Below are positions 46,430-55,508 of a stretch of 64,000 bases of DNA, piece after piece; positions within the stretch are counted from its first letter, which is position 1, and each line of letters opens with the position of its first letter. Where the stretch lies: positions 160,001 to 224,000 of the forward strand of contig CAWHVC010000004.1 in assembly GCA_963832745.1 (NCBI GenBank), given 5' to 3'. The notes below the pieces were generated by a model that had not been told where the DNA came from, ran no database searches, and saw nothing but the letters and a program-made list of their open reading frames with translations. Source of the stretch: Candidatus Bathyarchaeota archaeon (GTDB lineage: Archaea > Thermoproteota > Bathyarchaeia > Bathyarchaeales > Bathycorpusculaceae). A program made the position numbers and the translations under genes.

Positions 46430-46716
46430 CGTGGCCATTTTACTTAACTGCATATATTGTCTATCTTGATCCAACTTACGTTTACTTTACGTTATTCTTA
46501 ATTGCAGCAGTTTCAATTGTCATCTACTTAGTTGTCAGAAGTTCGAACGATTTCTCAGTTGAAGAGACCGAAAAAAACTCTGAAGATTTTGCCGGAGAAG
46601 TTCGTGACTCAAACGGTCCAGTGACCAAATGGCTCTGGGTAGTTTATGCTGGATTAATAATTTGGGCATTAGCTTATTTGGTTCAGCATTGGAGCGAATT
46701 TGCGGTTTTCCCATAA
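46426..46716 (+). CDS. Small membrane protein resembling the CcoP N-terminal domain
   Basis: TM helix, then EDFAGEVRDSNGPVTKWLW, then TM helix; similar to the CcoP (H)EYDGIxEYDNPLPxWW motif. Confidence 0.6.
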   Translation: MTWPFYLTAYIVYLDPTYVYFTLFLIAAVSIVIYLVVRSSNDFSVEETEKNSEDFAGEVRDSNGPVTKWLWVVYAGLIIWALAYLVQHWSEFAVFP

Positions 46717-46778
46717 AATCTATTTTTTCAATTTCTACCTGCGCGCTTTTTTTGATTTCAGAAAACTAATAAATTGGT

Positions 46779-48104
46779 TTGTTACGTTACTTTCAATGGT
46801 GTCCTTGTTTGGTTACTGAAAAAGTTACTCGATTTTACGGCTGCCAATTAACCACTACTCATTCAGCAAAACAACATAAACTAAGCAAACTAATCGCTTG
46901 GCTTTCTGATAAAGAAGCGCCAGACCGAGAATTTATTTCTCTTTACATTCCCCCGCATATTTCAATAGAGCAAGTGGTAGCAAACATCAAAAAAGAAGCA
47001 GAATCAGCAGTTCTTGACTCAAAAAACGCTACTGACCGCCTACAAACCGCAGTAAAAAACATGCTCCAACATGTCAAAGCAAAAACTGAGTTGCCGGAAA
47101 ACGGCTTAGCCATTTTTGCAGGAACTTTCCTTGGGAATAACCAAGATAAGCCTGTTTTAAACGTGGAAGAACTTGTTCCACCTCAACCGATTGCGACGTA
47201 TCTTTGTAAGGCCGATAACCAGTTCGAGTTAGAACCACTGAGGCAAATGTTAAGAGATGAACGTATTATTGGTTTGATTTCGTTGGATTCTAAACAGGCA
47301 AGTTTTGGGTTGGTTGTAGGTGAACGTTTTGAGCCTCTGAAAAGCATTTCTTCGGGGGTTATGGGAAAAACTGGTAAGGGTGGCCAAAGCCAGAGACGCT
47401 ATGAAAGGGAACGTGACATGTCTATCGGTTTCTTTTTTCGCCGAATCGCAGAGCACGCGACAAAAGAGTTTCTTGAAAACCGCAGCATTACCTTGCTAAT
47501 AATCGGCGGGCCTGGACAAACAAAAAATGATTTTCTAAAAGGTGATTACCTAAATTACATGTTAAAAGATGCTCTTTTTGGCATGTTTGACGTTCAATCA
47601 GCAGGTCCAGAGGGCGTCAGGGAAATTTTTGAAAAATCATCTGATAGCCTAAAAAATGTTTGTTTGCCGGTTGAGCGGAAAGTTATGCAGCGGTTACAGA
47701 TTGAACTTAACAAGGATGCAGGGTTAGCCATAACCGGTTTAGACCCAGTGCTTGAAGGCTTAAAAACTGGCGAAGTTGAAGTGGCACTTGTCACGGACTC
47801 AACTGATCTGATACAAGCAGATGCTACATGCAAAAAATGTGGTTTAACAAAAAATGAACTGCTGCATAAGTCATACATTCAGGGTCTGCAGGAGTTCCTT
47901 TCAACGCCCTGTACCCGTTGCAACGCAGTGGATTTCGAGTTGGCTGAAAAAGACATCATCGACGTCTTAGAAGACTTGGCTGCACAAACAAAGGCAAGCG
48001 TTGAAGTGATATTTACAGGGTCAGACGAAAAGGCGCAGCTTACTACTCTGGGCGGATTTGCAGCTTTACTAAGATATCGCTCTAACAATGAGGGCCTAGC
48101 CTGA
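46779..48104 (+). CDS. aRF1/eRF1 paralog with intact GGQ and degenerate N-domain (start uncertain)
   Basis: ISLYIPP, PENGLAIFAG, GKTGKGGQSQRRYER, IIGGPGQTK, LGGFAALLRY; zinc-ribbon insert CKKC...CTRC. Confidence 0.85.
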   Translation: MLRYFQWCPCLVTEKVTRFYGCQLTTTHSAKQHKLSKLIAWLSDKEAPDREFISLYIPPHISIEQVVANIKKEAESAVLDSKNATDRLQTAVKNMLQHVKAKTELPENGLAIFAGTFLGNNQDKPVLNVEELVPPQPIATYLCKADNQFELEPLRQMLRDERIIGLISLDSKQASFGLVVGERFEPLKSISSGVMGKTGKGGQSQRRYERERDMSIGFFFRRIAEHATKEFLENRSITLLIIGGPGQTKNDFLKGDYLNYMLKDALFGMFDVQSAGPEGVREIFEKSSDSLKNVCLPVERKVMQRLQIELNKDAGLAITGLDPVLEGLKTGEVEVALVTDSTDLIQADATCKKCGLTKNELLHKSYIQGLQEFLSTPCTRCNAVDFELAEKDIIDVLEDLAAQTKASVEVIFTGSDEKAQLTTLGGFAALLRYRSNNEGLA

Positions 48105-48158
48105 AAAGCGTTAAACAAAAAAAATAAAAGGGGATTATTTGGGGCCTATTTTTTTATT

Positions 48159-50756
48159 TTAGGGTTTTCTGTAGAGTAATGCGCCGACTATTGCTACAAC
48201 AACCATTACTGCTATACCCATAGCTACAATGGTCATTGTGTAGTCTGGTACCGAAATTTCCTGTTGCTGGCTTGATGGTGATGGTTGTGCTGCGCCTACC
48301 ACTACTGAAGTTGATGCGGAAGAGCTGCCGTACGAGTCGTCGCCCATAAAGGATACAATAATTTGGTAAGTTCCTTCCAAGTCTGGTGTCCAATCAATGC
48401 TGAAGGTTCCATAGTAACCGTTGGTTGTAACTTGGCCAATGTCTACTGTGTTTCCATTGGGATCAATAGCTGTGAGTATTACTTGAACGCCGTCTATTGT
48501 TTTATTATTCCAGATTCCGCCAATTGGGTACTGTAAATGCAAGTACTCCATTTGTGTCGACATTGAATCTGCAGAAACGCACGGTGTGCCTGGCTGCGCT
48601 GGTGACATGTCTAAAACAGTGCCCTTGATTACTACTCCGTTGCCTTTTGCAATTACAATATCTGGAGCGGTTACGGTGGTTTGGGTTTCGCCTTTGCCGA
48701 AAACAAATTCATAGCCGTTTCTTGAGTCAGCTGCGGCCAAGTATCCATCTGCTAAACCGCCAATTGCCATGGGGTTTGCTATTCGCCAAATTAGCTCGCC
48801 AGTTGTAGCGTTGATGCATAAAGTTCCCCAACCTCTTGTCAAGGGTTGGCTTTCAGTATGTTCAGTGTTGTATGTGTACATTTTGCCATCCACAATCTGG
48901 GCGCCAGTATTAATCGAGTATACAGTTGTTCCGTTTTTGTCTGTGTAAGGGCTTTCGTACATACTTAATGCATAGTCAACGTAATGCCAAACTATGCTAC
49001 CATCAGTCCAGTCAAAAGCGTAGACGCCGTCGTATGCTTCGCGGTATAACATGCCGTAAGCTGATTGTATAGCGTAGGCTCCGAATGCTGGCTCAGCCCA
49101 TGGGTAATCCATTGCTTCACCTTTCCACGCTAGATTGCCTGTAGCTAAATCCCACGCCATAAAGTATCCGCCCATCATCAGGACTGCCACTTTGCCATGA
49201 TCAGCTACACACACTGTCATGCTGTAGCAAGTATCTTTAACGGTTGTGTTCCAAAGTACTGCTCCAGTGTATAGATTGAAGCCTACAACGTTTGTTCCAT
49301 ACCATGCGCCGACTTCCGGGGGTGTAAGTGACGTAACTGTTGCGCCATAACCTGTTTGCCAATCTATTAATGAAGGCAAACTAGCACTCGCATATGAGGT
49401 GTTGCTTATTATTCTTGAAGTAAAGTTAGTTGATGAACCTTTTGTAGTCCAGTTAATCAGCCGATAGTTAGGGTTAGCTGCGTTGCCAGCATTTTGGACA
49501 CTTAAAACGTAGCCGTCCATCTGATTGTATAGTGTTCCACTGGTTAAAGGTGCAATTGAAGTATTGAGTGTCAAAGCGCCCGTGGCTGGATTCCATTTGT
49601 ATAGACGACCGTTGCTTATTGTTAGCAACTCTATTGAGTAAGTTCCTACGGCTGCTGCTCCAGGTACTTCTAAGTTGCCACTTTGCGTGTAAACTATTGT
49701 GTTTGGCACTAAAGCAGTTGTGAACATCATTCCAAACATTGAAGCTGTCGTTGTTGCTGCAGGCTGTTCAAAGTAGACTTCTCCAGTGCGTAGATCACTA
49801 CATCGCCAATATGTTGCCCCGTTTTCTCCAGGTTTAGTATAACTGTCATAAACTTTTCCTGCATAAATCAAGTTAATGCTGCCGGGGCTGCTGGTTGTGG
49901 CTAAATTACCTGCTGGTCCACCGATTAAGCCTGCTATTGTATCTGAACGCTTCCAGACTATGTGCCCAGTTTCTGGTCCTTGAACCCATGGATGAAAATT
50001 GTATTGTGCACTCCACATTGGATTGGTGTCTGGGTAAAGCATGTCCCACATTGGACCGCCACCTTGATAGCCTGTGCCTGGATAGTTGCCAAGTATTGGC
50101 CACCATTCTCTATTTTCTAGTGCTACGGGTCTTGTCCAATAGTCTGTTGGTAATGGTGATTCAGGCCATGGCCAAACTGGGTCTTCTTGTACTGTTAGGG
50201 TTTGTTCTGCAGTTGAGCTTGGTTCGTAGTAGCAATCTCCGTTGAAGCTTACATAGCCTGAACCGAAAACTGCTCCTGGGTCTGCTGTGTAGTTTCCTGC
50301 CGGGAAGTATCCGCCTGGGAATTCAAATTTAAGTTTCCATTCACCGAGTTGGTCTGGTGCAAATTCAAACCAAGCGGTAGTGTCAGCTTCATAAGAATCC
50401 ATCACTCTTACGTCTGTGTGTCCTTGGGGGTCTGTGATTGTCACTTTGTAATCTGACATGTATCGGCTAACATGTGTTGCTGGGTTAAGCCAAACGTTGA
50501 CTAGGACTGTTTGGCCTTTGCCGACTGGGTTTGGTCTAAAGCTTAGAAACGCGTGAGTTTCAATGGTTACGTCTGGAGTTATGCCTGATGCTAAGGGTCC
50601 TGGTATTGAACCGCCTTCTTGCAAGTTTGTTGGTGTAACGCCGGGTGGTAAAAAGGTTGATTGTGCTTGTGCTGGCGTTAACATTGCTATGGAGGAAATG
50701 ATGAGAATTGCGGTGATAATCATTGAAAAGGTTGCTTTTTTGATAATTTTCTGCAT
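48159..50756 (-). CDS. PQQ-like beta-propeller surface protein with C-terminal TM anchor
   Basis: Signal peptide; FRPNPVG, PLPTDYWTRP; repeated xTGxxxW blades; GTVLDMSPAQPGTPCVS; TM helix followed by RK. Confidence 0.88.
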   Translation of the reverse strand: MQKIIKKATFSMIITAILIISSIAMLTPAQAQSTFLPPGVTPTNLQEGGSIPGPLASGITPDVTIETHAFLSFRPNPVGKGQTVLVNVWLNPATHVSRYMSDYKVTITDPQGHTDVRVMDSYEADTTAWFEFAPDQLGEWKLKFEFPGGYFPAGNYTADPGAVFGSGYVSFNGDCYYEPSSTAEQTLTVQEDPVWPWPESPLPTDYWTRPVALENREWWPILGNYPGTGYQGGGPMWDMLYPDTNPMWSAQYNFHPWVQGPETGHIVWKRSDTIAGLIGGPAGNLATTSSPGSINLIYAGKVYDSYTKPGENGATYWRCSDLRTGEVYFEQPAATTTASMFGMMFTTALVPNTIVYTQSGNLEVPGAAAVGTYSIELLTISNGRLYKWNPATGALTLNTSIAPLTSGTLYNQMDGYVLSVQNAGNAANPNYRLINWTTKGSSTNFTSRIISNTSYASASLPSLIDWQTGYGATVTSLTPPEVGAWYGTNVVGFNLYTGAVLWNTTVKDTCYSMTVCVADHGKVAVLMMGGYFMAWDLATGNLAWKGEAMDYPWAEPAFGAYAIQSAYGMLYREAYDGVYAFDWTDGSIVWHYVDYALSMYESPYTDKNGTTVYSINTGAQIVDGKMYTYNTEHTESQPLTRGWGTLCINATTGELIWRIANPMAIGGLADGYLAAADSRNGYEFVFGKGETQTTVTAPDIVIAKGNGVVIKGTVLDMSPAQPGTPCVSADSMSTQMEYLHLQYPIGGIWNNKTIDGVQVILTAIDPNGNTVDIGQVTTNGYYGTFSIDWTPDLEGTYQIIVSFMGDDSYGSSSASTSVVVGAAQPSPSSQQQEISVPDYTMTIVAMGIAVMVVVAIVGALLYRKP

Positions 50757-50883
50757 TATTTGTTTTTCTCTCCTAAAAATATTTTATAAAAATCTATATG
50801 TTGCTTTCTCCTTTTAAGCTTTAGCGATAGCTTTAAATGCGATTTGCGCCAATTTCATGGGCATGTTTTGTATTTTAAGCGAT

Positions 50884-50907
50884 GCAAATACTTTAAAACG
50901 TATTTGC
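50884..50907. promoter_or_regulatory. Perfect inverted repeat GCAAATAC-N8-GTATTTGC, possible operator
   Basis: 8-bp arms in the divergent intergenic region between the PQQ-like and DUF47 genes. Confidence 0.35.
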
Positions 50908-51084
50908 TCGATGTTAACCGGGTCTTGTTTTTGAAACTTAGCATATGCCTACAATTTCAATTGTTGATGTAAACTGTTCGAGACAACCCTTAGGATGAAA
51001 ATTTTTCACCAGTCCATATCGTATCAATAGTTTTATAAGATTGGTTCATGCGTAAAAACTGCTTATGACTAGGGAGATTTCACC

Positions 51085-51759
51085 GTGAAAAGTATCAAAA
51101 ACATCCTCGTAGTTGGAGAAAAAAACATCTTCGGCGAAATTGCCCAAATCATAACTGTTGCCCAGGAAACAAACGAGATACTATATGAAATGCTCGGTGA
51201 ATGTAAAAATGAGCAAACCCTTGACCAAGACATGCAAGCAATACGTGTCCTCGAGAAAAAATCTGACGACATCGCCTTCAAAGTTAACGAGGATATAACA
51301 ACCGGCGCGGTTAGCCCAAGCATTATTGATAACCTTTTAAAATGCGTAGGCGTTGCCGACGATATTGTTGACAACTACTATTACCAGAGTCGCCAGCTTA
51401 GCCGTATGTGCAAAGCCAAATTTCCCTATTCCGATGCGCCTCAAGAAGCTGAATGGATTAAACTTTTCAAAACAATGCTGGATTTAGCAGGTCAAGCTTT
51501 AGTTAAAGTTAAGATGACCCTGTCCTTGTCTGACTTGTCTGAAATTTTGAAGCTTAGAAAGGAAATAGAAGAATTAGAGCAGCAGGGTGACGACATAAAA
51601 GACAAGGGCTTTGACTGGCTCTACCATGAAGCCCCCCGAATGCATTACCTGCAATTCTACCATTACAGTGAATTGCTGCATAAATTTGACGATATCCTTG
51701 ACGGTTGCGAAGACCTTTCAGACCTGATTTTATCAGTTATAACATCAATCCTAAAGTGA
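51085..51759 (+). CDS. DUF47 / PhoU-like phosphate transport regulator
   Basis: LEKKSDDI, ADDIVD, LEQQGDDI, DDILDGCED; upstream of PiT. Confidence 0.88.
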   Translation: MKSIKNILVVGEKNIFGEIAQIITVAQETNEILYEMLGECKNEQTLDQDMQAIRVLEKKSDDIAFKVNEDITTGAVSPSIIDNLLKCVGVADDIVDNYYYQSRQLSRMCKAKFPYSDAPQEAEWIKLFKTMLDLAGQALVKVKMTLSLSDLSEILKLRKEIEELEQQGDDIKDKGFDWLYHEAPRMHYLQFYHYSELLHKFDDILDGCEDLSDLILSVITSILK

Positions 51760-51766
51760 GATTGTC

Positions 51767-52669
51767 TTGATTCTTGAAGTCTTGCTTGTAGTTTTGGTTT
51801 TTCTTGCCGTTGCATTAGTTGCAGGAAATAATCTTTCTGCTTGTGTGGGACCTGCAGTTGGTGCACGGATAATTTCTAAACGTACAGGCGCATTGTTGGG
51901 ACTTACAGGTTTTTCGGCTGGTTTAATAGTGCAGGGTTCAGGCATGTCTCATTCAGTGGCTACTTTGTTGCCTAACTCGACAATTGAGCTTCAAGTCATC
52001 GCGTTGCTAGTTGCTACTGCTATTTTTGGGGTTGCAAATTATGCGAGGGTTCCATTATCCTTAAGCATGTCGCTTGTAGGGTTGCTTGCGGGCTTATCAT
52101 TTTCCCAAGGAATTACAACTAGTTTAACCTACCTTTCTGGGGTTGCTTCAATGTGGTTTATTGCTCCCGCGGTGGCAGCGCTCATCTCGTTTTACATGAT
52201 ACGAATCATAAATAAACGAAAAGTGATTGATATTTGGCGTAGAATACGTTTTTACAAGGCATTGCTAATCGTGCTCTCATTTACGACAGCGTTCGGTTTG
52301 GGCGCTAACACGTTGGGTTTGATTGTGGCAACAGCAGGCTTTAACCTAATAACTGTGGCTGTTGCTGTGGGCGGAATTTTTGTTGGCACATTTTATCTTG
52401 CTGAAGGTTCAATCCGTAGAATGTCACAAGAGTTTTACTTAATGCGGTATTCTAACGCTGTTGTTGTTCTTGCAACCTCAACAATTTTGGTGGAATTGGC
52501 GGCTTTTCTGAATATTCCGTTATCTAACACGCAGACAACTGCTGCAGCGGTTTTCGGAACCGGCGTTTCCTACAAAGCGAAGTTTATGTCGTTAAAACCA
52601 TTTCTGGTTATCATTGCAGGTTGGGTTTTAGCGCCATTGCTCAGTTTCTTGATAGGCTGGATAATTTAA
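51767..52669 (+). CDS. Inorganic phosphate transporter (PiT family)
   Basis: AGNN, VPLSLS, LGANT, IPLSNTQ motifs. Confidence 0.88.
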   Translation: MILEVLLVVLVFLAVALVAGNNLSACVGPAVGARIISKRTGALLGLTGFSAGLIVQGSGMSHSVATLLPNSTIELQVIALLVATAIFGVANYARVPLSLSMSLVGLLAGLSFSQGITTSLTYLSGVASMWFIAPAVAALISFYMIRIINKRKVIDIWRRIRFYKALLIVLSFTTAFGLGANTLGLIVATAGFNLITVAVAVGGIFVGTFYLAEGSIRRMSQEFYLMRYSNAVVVLATSTILVELAAFLNIPLSNTQTTAAAVFGTGVSYKAKFMSLKPFLVIIAGWVLAPLLSFLIGWII

Positions 52670-52825
52670 GTAGCGTTAAATTTTAAGTTGTTTTAGGCAA
52701 TTGTTATGTTGCTTTTTCTGGTTGCTGCTCTTTTTGAAACTGATATTTTCATGTTTATCACTGCCGATAAGCCGAGAAATAAGCCAGTTTTTATGGTGAG
52801 AAGACAAAGCCGTCAGCATTGACGC

Positions 52826-53113
52826 TTATTTTTTGAGCATTTTTAGAAAGTCGTCAATTGGTTTTGCAGGCATGCTCATTATATGAACGGTTCCTCTTGA
52901 GCCTAACTCGATTGAGACGCGTGTGATTGTGTCATTGTCTGGAGCTTCGACTATGCTGACAAAATCGTATCTGCCGATTGTTGCATATTGTTCGAGGACT
53001 TTGGCGCCGAGTTTTTCAACTTCTTTATTAACTTCTTTGATGCGGTCAGGGCGTTCTTTGATTGTTTTTCTGCCTTCAGAAGTGAGGGTGGACATCATAA
53101 TGTAGATTGCCAT
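52826..53113 (-). CDS. GYD-domain protein
   Basis: YATIGRYDFVSIVEAPD motif. Confidence 0.88.
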   Translation of the reverse strand: MAIYIMMSTLTSEGRKTIKERPDRIKEVNKEVEKLGAKVLEQYATIGRYDFVSIVEAPDNDTITRVSIELGSRGTVHIMSMPAKPIDDFLKMLKK

Positions 53114-53295
53114 TAAAAATTCCTCAATTAAAATGAGGTTTCATAATGATTTAAGGTTTTTTACAATGGGTATTGTTGCTGTTTAGTGCCTGTTTGGTTT
53201 ATACTGTGTTGATTGGTGCGAATAATTTTTATTATTTATTGTTTGATATAATCTTAATTAGGTTAAGTGAGAAGTACTATATTGAGGAAGATTTT

Positions 53296-54132
53296 ATGGG
53301 GATAATTAAAAACTCTAAAAAAGAGTTTCCGAGCGTCCTCGACAGTGCATATGAACAGTATAAACGAGATTTAGAACGTTACAAGCTTGTAGAAGAAATA
53401 ATGACTCCTAAAGTAATCACTATCGCGCCTGAAGAGTCAATGGATAAAGCCGCAAGAATCATGGGAGCCAAACATATCGGCAGCTTAATTGTCAAAAAAT
53501 ATGATACCCCAGTTGGTATAGTAACAGAGCGAGACCTGCTAACCAAAGTTTTTGCTCAAAATAAGGAGCCAACACAAGAGAAAGTAGAAAACCACATGTC
53601 TTACCCGCTTGCAACTATTTGTTACACTGCCAAAATTAAAGAAGCTGCACAGGTTATGATTCAGAAAAAGTGTCGCTTGGGCGTTTTTGATTGTGGAAAA
53701 ATGATGGGAATTGTTACTGCTTCTGATTTGATTCGAAGCTTGCCTGATATTCCAGAAACTGAAGCGTTGGTTGACAACTTTATGACTACGGACGTAATCA
53801 CCGCTGACGAGTCGACACCTATACGTGTTATCGCTATGACTATGGGCGAAAAACGTGTAGGAAGCGTTCTTGTCACAAAAAAAGAAAAGATTTCAGGAAT
53901 TTTTACCGAACGCGATTTGCTTAACACTTTTATCAATGAAGTTGACGGTTTAGAATCAAACGTTGGGAAACACTCGACAGCAGAGTTAATCACGATACCT
54001 TCGGGGACAAGTGTTCATAATGCAGCAACAACCATGACGATGAAACAGATACGTCGTTTGCCTATTATGAAAGATGACAAGTTTGTGGGAATAATCACTG
54101 CGCGTGATCTAGTAGAAGCATACGCAAAATAA
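53296..54132 (+). CDS. Four-CBS-domain protein
   Basis: Repeated GIVTERDL, GIVTASDL, GIFTERDL, GIITARDL; start moved to ATG 53296. Confidence 0.9.
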   Translation: MGIIKNSKKEFPSVLDSAYEQYKRDLERYKLVEEIMTPKVITIAPEESMDKAARIMGAKHIGSLIVKKYDTPVGIVTERDLLTKVFAQNKEPTQEKVENHMSYPLATICYTAKIKEAAQVMIQKKCRLGVFDCGKMMGIVTASDLIRSLPDIPETEALVDNFMTTDVITADESTPIRVIAMTMGEKRVGSVLVTKKEKISGIFTERDLLNTFINEVDGLESNVGKHSTAELITIPSGTSVHNAATTMTMKQIRRLPIMKDDKFVGIITARDLVEAYAK

Positions 54133-54152
54133 ACCCATGTAGTAACTCATTT

Positions 54153-54959
54153 TTATTTTCGTTTGTTTTTTTGGGTAAATAGTATTAGGCATCCAAAAAT
54201 GAATACTGCGAAGCTGATTATGTAAAGAATCCAAAGAGTTGTGCTACCTAATGTTTCGAGTTCTCTTTGCCACTGCCAAAAATAAGGTCCCTCTGGAAAG
54301 TCAGGGCTGACTGGAACGTCTGGCCAAGCTCCAATTAACAAATAAGTAAATCCGCTTAGTGTTAGAATTAGGCCGATAGCGGTTTTTTTGTTTGATTTAA
54401 TTGGCTCTTTTATGATTGTGATGTATTCTTGGATGTCATTTTTTACGTTTTTCATGCTTGTTGCCGAGTAGCCTTTTGTTAAACCAAACGCTACAAGTAA
54501 CGTTATTCCTGTTGTTATTAAGATGAGGCTGGTTACGAAAAATTCGATGTATAATGCTCTAATCAGCCATGTTGAGGTTAGGTATTTTTGTACATCATTT
54601 GCAAAGGCGAAGGGGTAGGCGGAGTTTGCTGTTAATAATGTGATTAAGCTTAGGCCTATAATTGTTGTCGTTGTCCCGTAAAATAAAAAATGATTTTTAA
54701 TGTGTCTGAATAGGCTTTTTGCTGAAATAGCAAATCCTGTGAATATGATGATTACGCCTGAATCATAAAGGGCTGAGACGTAGCCATTAAGCGTCCATCT
54801 GTTAATGTTCAATATTATGTCTTTTTGCCATCTGAACCAAAACCAATCCGGCTCCAGACTCAAAAATCTTCCAGCTATAACTAGTGCTATGCCACCGACT
54901 ATTAAGAAAATGCTCAAAACTTGCCTCTTAGTTAGGGGTCCTATCTGGTCTTGTTCCAT
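54153..54959 (-). CDS. Hypothetical six-TM membrane protein
   Basis: Three helical-hairpin units with aromatic loops (WFRWQK, FWQWQR). Confidence 0.7.
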   Translation of the reverse strand: MEQDQIGPLTKRQVLSIFLIVGGIALVIAGRFLSLEPDWFWFRWQKDIILNINRWTLNGYVSALYDSGVIIIFTGFAISAKSLFRHIKNHFLFYGTTTTIIGLSLITLLTANSAYPFAFANDVQKYLTSTWLIRALYIEFFVTSLILITTGITLLVAFGLTKGYSATSMKNVKNDIQEYITIIKEPIKSNKKTAIGLILTLSGFTYLLIGAWPDVPVSPDFPEGPYFWQWQRELETLGSTTLWILYIISFAVFIFGCLILFTQKNKRK

Positions 54960-55172
54960 TATCTGTTAGTCACCAGCCGGGTTGGTGCTATAATTTAGCC
55001 AAGTTAATATGTATTTGGAGTTATATTGATTTTGGTTTAGCTAGAATTTGCTTTTTTAGATGATTTTGTTCTGCGTTAGGAAAAGTTTTTGAATCCTTAA
55101 TTTCAAGAGATTCTTTATTTTTTGTCCAAACACCTAAATCTTTGTTTTGAACCTTATTTTTTGGTGAAAAAT

Positions 55173-55376
55173 ATGGGCCGATGTACCAAGACTGTTGGCG
55201 AACGTAGGCTTGGCAGAACCATCTACAAGCTTGGAAACAGCGTTGAATTCAGCAGCAAAGAATGTAACGTCAAAATGTCTGAAACAAAGACCAAAAAGCA
55301 GATTCAAGAAGAGCAAGGCTACACGGATGATTCGCCAGTTCAGAACCTGCGTGATCCTAAAAGCTACAAAAAGTAG
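55173..55376 (+). CDS. Small hypothetical protein (67 aa)
   Basis: GGTGA ribosome-binding site before the ATG, the same context as the 58636 gene; T-rich tract after the stop. Confidence 0.45.
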   Translation: MGRCTKTVGERRLGRTIYKLGNSVEFSSKECNVKMSETKTKKQIQEEQGYTDDSPVQNLRDPKSYKK

Positions 55377-55508
55377 TCATAGCTTTTTTGTTGTTGCTCA
55401 GGGGCATTTTCTTTTTGTCTTGAATTAACTTTATGTAGTTTGTTTTGCTTTGAGTTGTAACTAAGCACGCACAGTTTACATAAGCCTAAACTGTCTGGGT
55501 GAAACTTT

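Noticed and set aside
53173-53295. Hydrophobic N-terminal extensions in the ORF track for the CBS, HoxE, LemA and HdrB genes
   Set aside because: They run through AT-rich promoter DNA or neighbouring genes; downstream starts with ribosome-binding sites fit the family lengths
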